A stretch of DNA of 34,175 bases from Kangiellaceae bacterium. GTDB lineage: Bacteria; Pseudomonadota; Gammaproteobacteria; Enterobacterales; Kangiellaceae. The notes under the pieces are model-generated. The model was not told where the DNA came from, made no database searches, and worked only from the letters and a program-made list of their open reading frames with translations. Where the stretch lies: the NCBI GenBank assembly GCA_030590405.1, contig JAUUYO010000001.1:1-34175 (forward strand), read 5' to 3'. The translations under genes and the position numbers were made by a program. Of this stretch, positions 17,163 to 25,785 are shown piece after piece (the first letter of the stretch is position 1; the number at the start of each line of letters is the position of its first letter).

Positions 17163-19799
17163 TTGGCTAATAAATTAAATGCTGAAACGGAACTTCAGGC
17201 AGAACTAACAAAGCATAAAGCAAGAGCCAAACGACTGGAACAAGTTGTCAGGTCCCTTTCTGCTACCAAAAAACAACAAAATGCACTTTTCCGAATTGTT
17301 GATCTTGCTAATTCAAGCAACAGCCTTCCAGCCTTTTATTTTGAATTACACAAGATCGTTAGCGAGCTGACTTTAGCAAAAAGTTTTTTTATTATGCTGC
17401 TTCACCCTGAAGGTGATTTTGTGAGCTTTCCTTATTATAAGGATGACGAAGATGAACAACAGAAAGGGAGAGAGCCGTTATATAACCCGACAAAAAAAAT
17501 TCCAAAGGAAAAATTGGCAGGGACTGCAACCATGAAAGTCATTGAAGAGCGCAACCTGTTACACTTAAACAGGGTTGGATTTGAAAATATGACCGTAACT
17601 GGTCGAGTGCCGGAAGACTGGATTGGAGTACCTTTGATAATAGAAGGGCAGCTATTAGGCGCTCTGATCGTACAAAGTTACGATGAAGGCTTTCGGTACG
17701 ACAAGCGGGATGAAGAGTTACTCGTTTATGTTTCACAACATATTGCTACCAGTCTAAAAAGAAAGCAAGATGCTGAATCACTTAAAGAGGCTCATAAAAA
17801 GTTACAAAATCATAATCGGGAACTGGAGGTTAGAGTTGCTGGACGTACCGAAGAACTTAAAAAAATCAATATTACTTTGGCAAACGAAGCTAAAGAGAGA
17901 AGAAAAAGTGAGAAAATCCAGAAAGCCCTTTTTAAGATTACTGATCTGGTAAGTACCGCCAGGAATTTGAACGACCTTTTTGTTGGGGTTCATCAAACTA
18001 TTTCTGAGCTGATGTATGCTAACAATGCCTTTATTGCACTCTTGTCTGAGGACAAAAGCCAGCTGGAATTTCCATATTTTGTCGATCAATACGATGAGCG
18101 ACCTGGTAATATCGAACTCGCTTTGGATGGACCACAATTTGAACAAGGATTAACAACTCAAACTCTAATTAGTGGCAAATCTCTGCTTTATAATTCTTCT
18201 GAAGGTCCTGCTCAAAATCAAGTGGGAGCTGAAGCCGTTTCCTGGCTTGGTGTTCCACTAAAGGACAAAAAGGATGTTTTTGGAGTCATTGTGATACAAA
18301 GCTATGATTTAGAACAGGTTTACGAACAACAACACTTGTCACTGTTAGAAACAGTCGCCCACCAGGTTTCGACCGCTATTTTACGTAAAAAAGATTCGGA
18401 TGCACTCATGAAGGCGCATGAGCATCTGGAACGGCGAGTCAAAGAAAGAACATCAGTGCTAGAAAAGACCATCGCTAATCGACGAAAAATTGAAAAACGA
18501 TTAGAACATGAGTCACTACATGATTCTCTCACTCTGTTGCCTAACAGACGTTACTTAAGTGAAGAACTTAATATTGTGTTAAAAGGTAAAGTAACTGGGC
18601 AATCATGTGACGTCGCATTACTTTTTCTTGATCTCGACCGTTTCAAAATTATCAATGATAGCTTGGGTCATCATATTGGCGATTTGTTTTTAATCGAAGT
18701 CGCTAAAATTCTAAAAAATTGTATGCGAGAGGATGACAAAATTGTCCGTTTAGGTGGCGATGAGTTTTGTATTTTAATGTATGATATTTACTCGGTTAAA
18801 ATCGTAGTTACTCTCGCAGAGCGGGTGTTAAACAAATTGCGCAAACCTGTTGTTGTGGGGCAACACTCTTTAATTACCAGTGCAAGCATTGGTGTCAGGT
18901 TGGCAACAATCGGCGAAGATAGTAGTGATCGAGTGATTGGAGACGCCGATTCAGCTATGTATCAGGCTAAACATGGAGGCAAAGATCGCTATTGTTTATT
19001 TGACGCCAATGTAAGAAAAATAATCACCCAAAGACTCAAAATCGAACAAGATCTGAGAGTTGCGATTGGCACCGAGCAGCTTACCCTTTACTACCAGCCA
19101 GTTATTGATTTATTTAGTCATCGGGTTGTTGGCCTGGAGGCCCTTATTCGTTGGCAACATCCTGAACTTGGTTTTATTGGTCCTGCTGAATTTATTCCTA
19201 TTGCTGAAGAGACTGGTTTAATACAAGAGTTAGGTGAATCTGTTGTTTCAATGGCCTGTGAGACGTTAAGTGAATTCTCAAAAATTATTGAACTCAAAGA
19301 GCTTTATATCAACATTAATATATCGGCGATGCAAATTCTTACCAGAACACTAGACAACTTTATTCGTAAGGAAATAGCTAAATATGGTATCGATCCAAAT
19401 AATTTGAATGCTGAAATAACTGAAAGTATTTTAGTGGAAGATTTCAACGCCGCTATTCTTTTTGTGCAAGAACTCAAATCGATCGGTATGAAAGTCTTAC
19501 TTGATGATTTTGGTACGGGTTATTCTTCTCTTAGTTATTTACATCAATTTCCTTTTGATATCATTAAATTGGATCAATCTTTTATTCAATTAACCGATGA
19601 AAATGAGAAATTAGTGGGTATGATAGAATCCATTGGTTTTCTGGTTTCTAGCCTGGGAATGGATATCGTTGTCGAAGGAATAGAAACGGAGTCTCAATTG
19701 GAACTTGCTCAAAACCTCAATTGTAGGTATGGACAAGGATATTTATTCGCAAAACCGATGCCTAAAACTGAGGTTTTGACCTTCATAAAAACATGCTAA
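17163..19799 (+). CDS. c-di-GMP turnover protein: (coiled coil-GAF) x2 - GGDEF - EAL (878 aa)
   Basis: Intact GGDEF (RLGGDEFCIL) with an upstream LPNRRY linker, and an intact EAL (LEALIRWQHPE ... DDFGTGYSSLSYL ... EGIE). Two GAF-like modules each follow a coiled-coil segment. The start is uncertain: the track uses TTG at 17163, the first in-frame ATG is about codon 77 (inside the first GAF), and I saw no clear SD. Confidence 0.9.
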   Translation: MANKLNAETELQAELTKHKARAKRLEQVVRSLSATKKQQNALFRIVDLANSSNSLPAFYFELHKIVSELTLAKSFFIMLLHPEGDFVSFPYYKDDEDEQQKGREPLYNPTKKIPKEKLAGTATMKVIEERNLLHLNRVGFENMTVTGRVPEDWIGVPLIIEGQLLGALIVQSYDEGFRYDKRDEELLVYVSQHIATSLKRKQDAESLKEAHKKLQNHNRELEVRVAGRTEELKKINITLANEAKERRKSEKIQKALFKITDLVSTARNLNDLFVGVHQTISELMYANNAFIALLSEDKSQLEFPYFVDQYDERPGNIELALDGPQFEQGLTTQTLISGKSLLYNSSEGPAQNQVGAEAVSWLGVPLKDKKDVFGVIVIQSYDLEQVYEQQHLSLLETVAHQVSTAILRKKDSDALMKAHEHLERRVKERTSVLEKTIANRRKIEKRLEHESLHDSLTLLPNRRYLSEELNIVLKGKVTGQSCDVALLFLDLDRFKIINDSLGHHIGDLFLIEVAKILKNCMREDDKIVRLGGDEFCILMYDIYSVKIVVTLAERVLNKLRKPVVVGQHSLITSASIGVRLATIGEDSSDRVIGDADSAMYQAKHGGKDRYCLFDANVRKIITQRLKIEQDLRVAIGTEQLTLYYQPVIDLFSHRVVGLEALIRWQHPELGFIGPAEFIPIAEETGLIQELGESVVSMACETLSEFSKIIELKELYININISAMQILTRTLDNFIRKEIAKYGIDPNNLNAEITESILVEDFNAAILFVQELKSIGMKVLLDDFGTGYSSLSYLHQFPFDIIKLDQSFIQLTDENEKLVGMIESIGFLVSSLGMDIVVEGIETESQLELAQNLNCRYGQGYLFAKPMPKTEVLTFIKTC

Positions 19800-19834
19800 A
19801 TATTAAACACATCTTGAGCACAGGAGACTGGAGA

Positions 19835-19873
19835 CTAGGCTATTGATCTTTCATCGTTCAACAGCCCCTGGTA
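19835..19873. repeat. REP-like palindromic element, copy A (core 19841-19871)
   Basis: Core TATTGATCTTTCATCGTTCAACAGCCCCTGG matches copy C at 29 of 31 positions. Lies between the convergent GGDEF-EAL and globin genes, so it may act as a bidirectional terminator. Confidence 0.75.
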
Positions 19874-19880
19874 CAACTCA

Positions 19881-20318
19881 CTAATAATTATTTGGCTTAG
19901 GAAAATCCAGAATTTTATCTGTCTTATAGCGTTTCTCACACTGCTCCGGCGCATGTTTAACAATTCGATTAAAAAAAGCATCATCGATTCTTTGCCATTT
20001 TTCAATCAATAATTCACTGGCATTGGCTTCCTTGAATGATTCGTCCAATAACACCTGTCGAGCTTCAAATAACGCGTGGGTGATGTACATATGTTTGTGT
20101 GCGGCAGGCGGTGTTTGCCCGCAGTAGAGGTTTTCACCGCCTAAAGCGGCTTGCATAAAGGCGACTTGTTGTCTTTCGATATGCTCTTGAGGAACATCCT
20201 GAAAATAAAGTTTTAGCCAGGGATCTTCATAAATTTTGTCGTAAAATATTTTACTGATTTTTTCAAGCATGGCTGTGCCGCCCATTGCTTTAAAACCTTG
20301 TCTTTTGGTTGATGTCAT
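19881..20318 (-). CDS. Truncated (2-on-2) hemoglobin family protein
   Basis: Size and pattern (IFYDKIYEDPWLKLYF...HIERQQVAFMQAALGG...Y.G....AHKHMYIT...F) resemble group I/II truncated globins, with a candidate proximal His in AHKHM. The true start may be an internal Met (MGGTAMLEK...). Confidence 0.6.
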   Translation of the reverse strand: MTSTKRQGFKAMGGTAMLEKISKIFYDKIYEDPWLKLYFQDVPQEHIERQQVAFMQAALGGENLYCGQTPPAAHKHMYITHALFEARQVLLDESFKEANASELLIEKWQRIDDAFFNRIVKHAPEQCEKRYKTDKILDFPKPNNY

Positions 20319-20530
20319 TATTACTCTCTAAAATATCCCGCTTTTTAATATTCAGTGTAGACAACAATTGGATATTTCTCGAATTTTAGCTAATTCAGCA
20401 GTAATAAGGGCAAGCAACAGGCTAAATCTGTTCAAAAACAGGGCTAAATATGGCAAATTGTGTAAATTCGAGCGAGTCCTGTTCTTTGCTAGATCGTTTA
20501 ATGATAAAGTTCAATTAATTGATTGGGTCG

Positions 20531-20561
20531 CTGGGGGCTGTTGAATGATGAAAGATCAACA
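20531..20561. repeat. REP-like palindromic element, copy B (inverted orientation)
   Basis: The reverse complement TGTTGATCTTTCATCATTCAACAGCCCCCAG matches copy C at 27 of 31 positions. Lies in the divergent globin/murQ intergenic region. Confidence 0.75.
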
Positions 20562-20728
20562 GACTCTACCGGTGACGATTGGGTGGCAGAAGGTAATACG
20601 ATTGTGGACAGGATTTATCATATCGTTCGGGGTTATGATGGCATTGAATAAAAGTTACTTGCGCTGGGCGCAAAAGTGAGTCGCATTGCGGTTTAGTTTG
20701 AACCCTTAGGACAAATAAGAGAGTAATA

Positions 20729-21673
20729 ATGGAAAATTCAGAGCTTATTTTTGAACTCAATAAATTGGTATCAGAAGAGCAAAACCCAGACACTTTGGAT
20801 ATTGATCTTTTAGATACCCTGGATGTGGTTAAAAAATTAAATCATCAAGATGATTTAGTCGCTAAAGCCGTGAGTCAAATATTACCCGAGATAGCTGAAG
20901 CGGTTGATCTTATTGTTAACTGTTTTAAACAGGACGGTCGGCTTATTTATCTTGGCGCTGGAACCAGCGGTCGGTTGGGTGTTTTAGACGCGGTTGAATG
21001 TGTACCGACTTTTGGTGTTACCGCAGATAAGGTTATTGGATTGATCGCTGGTGGTGAATCGGCGATGTTTAAAGCGGTTGAAGGCAGTGAAGACGATAAA
21101 TTATCAGCGGTTAAAGCGCTTAAGGCGATTAATTTTTCTGAAAAAGATGTGTTAGTCGGGATCGCGGCTAGTGGTAGAACACCCTATGTTCTTAGCGGAT
21201 TAGAGTACGCAAGTACGCTGGGGGCCGCCAGTATTTCACTTAGTTGCAATCCAAAGTCTGAAATATCAAAGTATGCTGATATTTCTTTAATCGTCATGGT
21301 AGGACCTGAAGCGCTTACCGGGTCGACTCGAATGAAGTCGGGAACTGGCCAAAAGATGGTACTTAATATCTTATCAACAGCGGCGATGATCCGTTGTGGT
21401 AAAAGTTATAAAAATCTAATGATTGACGTAAAGGCGACTAATCAAAAGCTGTATGCAAGAGCGACCAGAATGGTGATGCAAATTACCGGCGTTAATCAGA
21501 CATTAGCAGAGAAAACCCTTGAATTAGCAGATAGGCAGGTTAAGCTTGCGGTATTAATGTTACTGGCGGAGATCGACTGTGGCACCGCAAAGGAATTGCT
21601 TAAACGTGCCGATGGATTTTTGAGAAGGGCATTGCAAATAAATAACGATACAGATCTGTCATCAATCGATTAA
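20729..21673 (+). CDS. murQ: N-acetylmuramic acid 6-phosphate etherase
   Basis: SIS-domain protein with the MurQ-typical N-terminus ([16 protein letters not shown]), [22 protein letters not shown] and [17 protein letters not shown] motifs. Confidence 0.9.
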   Translation: MENSELIFELNKLVSEEQNPDTLDIDLLDTLDVVKKLNHQDDLVAKAVSQILPEIAEAVDLIVNCFKQDGRLIYLGAGTSGRLGVLDAVECVPTFGVTADKVIGLIAGGESAMFKAVEGSEDDKLSAVKALKAINFSEKDVLVGIAASGRTPYVLSGLEYASTLGAASISLSCNPKSEISKYADISLIVMVGPEALTGSTRMKSGTGQKMVLNILSTAAMIRCGKSYKNLMIDVKATNQKLYARATRMVMQITGVNQTLAEKTLELADRQVKLAVLMLLAEIDCGTAKELLKRADGFLRRALQINNDTDLSSID

Positions 21674-21698
21674 AAAAATAAAATAACAGGAATCAAAA

Positions 21699-23117
21699 AT
21701 GGAATGGCTTAAAATATTACCGCCTCTGGTTGCGGTTGTAATTGTGCTTTGGAAAAAAGAAGTTATTCTCGCGCTCATAATGTCTATTTTTGTATCCGAA
21801 TGGTTGCTGTTAACTGCGCAGTCTTTTATGGGGCCAGTGACAGGTGGCATAAATACTCTGGAACGGGTCACTGCCGTATTTGCAGATGCCGGTAATACTC
21901 GTATTTTGATTTTTAGCATGATGGTGGGCGCTTTGCTTGCTTACATGCGAAAGTCCGGCGGTGTGACCGGGCTGGTCAAAGCCTTGATCTCTAAAGGGTT
22001 GGCAAAATCGCCCAGGCAGGTTTCATTAATGGCGAGCATCACCGGCGTGGTGGTTTTTGTTGAATCTAATTTGAGTGTTTTGACCGCAGGCATTCTATCC
22101 AGAGGATTGTTTGATAAATTTGGTTTAAGTCGCGCTAAGTTGGCTTACATCATTGATAGTACTTCCGCACCGATTTGTATTTTGATTTTGCTCAATGCAT
22201 GGGGCGCTTATGTATTAGCGTTGCTTAGTAGTTATGAGCTTGAGGCTAGCTCTGCAGAAATTTTATGGGGTTCAGTCCCTTTTAATTTTTATGCCTTGAT
22301 TACTTTGGCAATTGTCTTTTACTCTGCCTTTTCGGGTAATTATTACGGACCACTCGCCAATAGTTCGGTACATATTCGCGATGCTGAAGAGGATGGGGAC
22401 AAGCAAAATGAGTCCCAGACTAGCCAGACAGGTTCTACGCTCGATGAGGGTGAGGTCGGACACGCCAGTTTTATGCTGATCCCTATTTTAGTCATGGTGG
22501 GCGGAATGGTTGGATTTATGTTCTGGACAGGCGATGGCGTTCTATCTGCGGGTAGTGGATCGAAATCTGTTTTTTACGCAACCAGCCTGGCGTGCCTGGT
22601 GGCCTATTTTATGATGTTGGCAAGTGGTCGATTTAAACACCAGCAATTGGTCAAGATTGGTTTTACCGGTATGTCGGAACTTTTGCCATTAGTTGCTATT
22701 GTGCTGTTATCGCTTGCTTTGGGAGCCAGCCTTAAAGAACTGGGAACTGGTATTTATATCTCTCAAATCGTGGGTAATTTTTTGCCGATTTATCTGGTCG
22801 CACCGATGATTTTTATTGTTGGCGGAGTGATGTCTTTTTCAACCGGAACTTCCTGGGGAACATTTGCAATTTTAATTCCTATTGGGGTTCCGATCATTCA
22901 AACCATGGGGCTGCCGCCATCACTTATTATTGGAGCGATCCTGGGCGGCGGTGTGTTTGGTGATCACTGTTCGCCGATATCGGATACAACCGCCGTTTCA
23001 GCAATAGCTTCTGGTTGTGATTTACTTGAACATGTCAAAACACAATTGCCTTATGCGTTAGTTGCTGGCGGCGCATCAGTTATTTTATATCTGGTTGTTG
23101 GGTTAGTGATATTATAG
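21699..23117 (+). CDS. NhaC-family Na+/H+ antiporter-type transporter (472 aa)
   Basis: Polytopic membrane protein. The N-terminal LPPLVAVVIVLWKKEV and C-terminal GGGVFGDHCSPISDTT motifs are typical of the NhaC (Na_H_antiporter) family. Substrate unknown. Confidence 0.7.
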   Translation: MEWLKILPPLVAVVIVLWKKEVILALIMSIFVSEWLLLTAQSFMGPVTGGINTLERVTAVFADAGNTRILIFSMMVGALLAYMRKSGGVTGLVKALISKGLAKSPRQVSLMASITGVVVFVESNLSVLTAGILSRGLFDKFGLSRAKLAYIIDSTSAPICILILLNAWGAYVLALLSSYELEASSAEILWGSVPFNFYALITLAIVFYSAFSGNYYGPLANSSVHIRDAEEDGDKQNESQTSQTGSTLDEGEVGHASFMLIPILVMVGGMVGFMFWTGDGVLSAGSGSKSVFYATSLACLVAYFMMLASGRFKHQQLVKIGFTGMSELLPLVAIVLLSLALGASLKELGTGIYISQIVGNFLPIYLVAPMIFIVGGVMSFSTGTSWGTFAILIPIGVPIIQTMGLPPSLIIGAILGGGVFGDHCSPISDTTAVSAIASGCDLLEHVKTQLPYALVAGGASVILYLVVGLVIL

Positions 23118-23196
23118 GGTTACCCTGAATTCAAGTATTATTGATTTAGGGTTGTTATCGATTAGGCCGAAGCGTTATTTTTTCAGAAATTAAAAT

Positions 23197-24288
23197 ATGT
23201 CAAGAAACACACAAGCGATTATCAGTTTAGACAATATCCGTTCCAATTTTTTATTGGCGAATCAATGGGCGCCACAATCAAAAAATATGGCAGTTATTAA
23301 AGCGGATGCCTATGGGCATGGTTTGCTAGCTGTGGCAGAGGCTTTGCAGTCTTTAGTGCCCGCTTTTGCGGTGGCGATATTTGATGAAGCGGTGGCATTA
23401 AGGAACGGTGGCATTACAAAAAATATTCTTATTCTGCAAGGGGTTAACTGCGCTACCGAACTAACTTATGCCAGTGAAAATGATTGTTGGATAACACTTC
23501 ACAACAAACAACAAATTGATTTATTGTTGGCCACGAAATTAAAACAACCGCTTAAAGTGTGGTTAAAATTAGATACCGGAATGCACCGACTCGGTCTCGA
23601 TCAAAAGCAATTTGATAAAAGCTTACAACTTATAAAACAATGTCGTTGGATTGCAGATGACTTTGTTGTTTCATCCCATTTTTCTTGTGCCAGTGAATTA
23701 GCCAATGGCGAGTCTAAAAAGCAATTCAACAAATTCAATGAAATGATTACTGAGGCCAAATTGCCATCAAACATTGAATTAAGTCTGTCTAATTCACCTG
23801 CCATCGCACACTTACCGGAATCTAACTTGAACTGGAATCGGCCAGGGATCATGCTTTATGGTTTGCCGTTATTTGACGGGCCTCATAGTAGTGACCAACA
23901 ACTTAAAGCGGCTATGAGTTTTGAATCAGAAGTTGTGGCTATTCGAGAAGTGGAAACGGGCGAGTATGTTGGTTACTCTAATAAATGGCAAGCGACACGG
24001 CCCTCAAAAATAGCGACAGTTTCTGTTGGGTATGCTGACGGTTATCCGCGTCAGGCGAAAAATGGAACGCCGGTATTGGTTAAGGGAGAAAGAGCCAGCT
24101 TGGCCGGGGTGGTGTCAATGGATTTGATTGGTGTCGATGTGACAGACCTGTCAAATGTTTCAATCGGCGATCCAGTTGAGCTTTGGGGGGAACATTTATC
24201 TGCCAATGAAGTAGCAAGTTACGCCAACACTATCGGTTATGATTTAATATCAGGTGTTAGTCGACGAGTGCCTCGTGTTTATAAATAA
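23197..24288 (+). CDS. alr: Alanine racemase (363 aa)
   Basis: PLP-lysine motif AVIKADAYGHG, the VSVGYADGYPR segment, and the C-terminal IGYDLISGVSRRVPRVY. Confidence 0.92.
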   Translation: MSRNTQAIISLDNIRSNFLLANQWAPQSKNMAVIKADAYGHGLLAVAEALQSLVPAFAVAIFDEAVALRNGGITKNILILQGVNCATELTYASENDCWITLHNKQQIDLLLATKLKQPLKVWLKLDTGMHRLGLDQKQFDKSLQLIKQCRWIADDFVVSSHFSCASELANGESKKQFNKFNEMITEAKLPSNIELSLSNSPAIAHLPESNLNWNRPGIMLYGLPLFDGPHSSDQQLKAAMSFESEVVAIREVETGEYVGYSNKWQATRPSKIATVSVGYADGYPRQAKNGTPVLVKGERASLAGVVSMDLIGVDVTDLSNVSIGDPVELWGEHLSANEVASYANTIGYDLISGVSRRVPRVYK

Positions 24289-24345
24289 TATTGCTCCTGT
24301 TTTATTTTGGTTCACTCATTTCTACAGTCATTGGAGGATGCTGAA

Positions 24346-25461
24346 CTACTCAATTGCCACAAAATCGTCAAAATGTTCGATTTTGACTTTATGGTTGGCC
24401 GCTAATTGACCGACTCTATCGAGCGTTTGGATATGCGCAATATTATCCATTTGCCAAAGGTCTTTCGGCTGGACATCGGTTACGCCAATTGCTTGCAGGC
24501 CTTTTTGAGTGAGGTTAGTGTTGTAACGCATATAAGTGAATAGTTTTTCGGCTGTGGGGCCTTTAGTATTAATTAAATCGCCAATTTCCATATCGATCTC
24601 ATCACCACACAAACACTTTCCAAATGACCGGCAAAGAAGATCTTGCTCAACACTTGCTGCAGACATAAGCGCCTGGGGAGTTTGGGTAGCGGTGTAGCCC
24701 AAATGCATATCTTTTGTTGTTATCTCCTTTTTAACTTCTGGTACGTTACCGGTCCCGACCGACACCAGTAACATCTTGTTTTCCCCCGTTGGCCATTGCA
24801 ATTTATAAGGTTCAAGGGTGGCCATTAAAAAAGTCTGAAAAGAGGGGTTGTTGTAGGGGGTGACGCCGCCATCGACAAACAGAAACTTAGTATCGCCAAG
24901 AGTAATGCTTTCTGGCTCAAAAAAGGTAGGTGCTGCGGTACTCGCTCGGACCAGCTGCCAAAGGGGCAGGTTAAGATTACAGTCAGGTAAATTTTTGTCA
25001 TTAAATAGTGCGTTGGGATTATTACTCATCAACCAGGGTGAGCCGGTGGAGGCGTTTCGCATCACTATCATTAACAAGGTTTTGATGGTATTGCTGCCCA
25101 AAGTCTCTGATCTGCCAAACGTATCTTTTAATATTCGAGTGATGGCTTCTGATTGGTATTTAAAATAAAGACGCTTTGAAATGGAGGCTTTTTTGAATAT
25201 CTCCTGACTGCATTCCAGATAAAAGGGACGAATTTCTGCGGTACTCATGCCGGTCGCCAGTGCTGTCGCAAGAATAGCGCCGGTACTTGTGCCTGAAATA
25301 TAGTCAAAGTAATCAGACAGTAATAAATCGGGGTTAGCTGTTGCCTGGCGTAACTGTTGTTCGATTTGCTCTAACATGCCCAGCGCTAACAGGCCTCGGA
25401 TACCGCCGCCATCAATCGTGAGTATTTTTTTCTGTTGCTTGTTTTGCTGTTTAGAAGTCAT
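24346..25461 (-). CDS. Patatin-like phospholipase (371 aa), catalytic motifs intact
   Basis: Oxyanion-hole motif DGGGIRG, nucleophile elbow GTSTG (GxSxG) and catalytic Asp in FVDGGV. GGAG SD about 8 nt upstream of the ATG. Divergent from the TIR operon. Confidence 0.88.
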   Translation of the reverse strand: MTSKQQNKQQKKILTIDGGGIRGLLALGMLEQIEQQLRQATANPDLLLSDYFDYISGTSTGAILATALATGMSTAEIRPFYLECSQEIFKKASISKRLYFKYQSEAITRILKDTFGRSETLGSNTIKTLLMIVMRNASTGSPWLMSNNPNALFNDKNLPDCNLNLPLWQLVRASTAAPTFFEPESITLGDTKFLFVDGGVTPYNNPSFQTFLMATLEPYKLQWPTGENKMLLVSVGTGNVPEVKKEITTKDMHLGYTATQTPQALMSAASVEQDLLCRSFGKCLCGDEIDMEIGDLINTKGPTAEKLFTYMRYNTNLTQKGLQAIGVTDVQPKDLWQMDNIAHIQTLDRVGQLAANHKVKIEHFDDFVAIE

Positions 25462-25636
25462 TGATATTGCTCCAATTATTGTTTCATATCATAGATATTC
25501 GCTGGCTGAAAGGCAAGTTGAGTGTCATCTTTTAGAGCATGTAATAGACTATTTGTCTGTCGCATGAATCTCGAATATGAGCTAAATCTTACTATTCCTT
25601 TCCAATTTGTGTTTTTTCTGATAAAACTAGACCTTA

Positions 25637-25691
25637 GGAGCCTGTCTGAAAATAGGAAACCTACTACGGTCTCTATTCTCAGACAGGCTCC
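25637..25691. promoter_or_regulatory. Long imperfect inverted repeat (19-bp stem with 1 mismatch, 17-nt loop) in the patatin/TIR-operon intergenic region
   Basis: GGAGCCTGTCTGAAAATAG (25637-25655) pairs with CTATTCTCAGACAGGCTCC (25673-25691) at 18 of 19 positions. It directly abuts REP-like copy C. Function unknown. Confidence 0.6.
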
Positions 25692-25728
25692 AGGGGCTGT
25701 TGATCTTTCATAGTTCAACAGCCCCTGG
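25690..25728. repeat. REP-like palindromic element, copy C (complete palindrome)
   Basis: Perfect 14-bp stem CCAGGGGCTGTTGA (25690-25703) / TCAACAGCCCCTGG (25715-25728) with an 11-nt loop TCTTTCATAGT. It shares a 31-nt core with copies A and B. Confidence 0.85.
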
Positions 25729-25785
25729 TATCTAGCGGAATATAATTTCCCTGTTATTTTTACCCTATTGGTAAGGACGATAATA

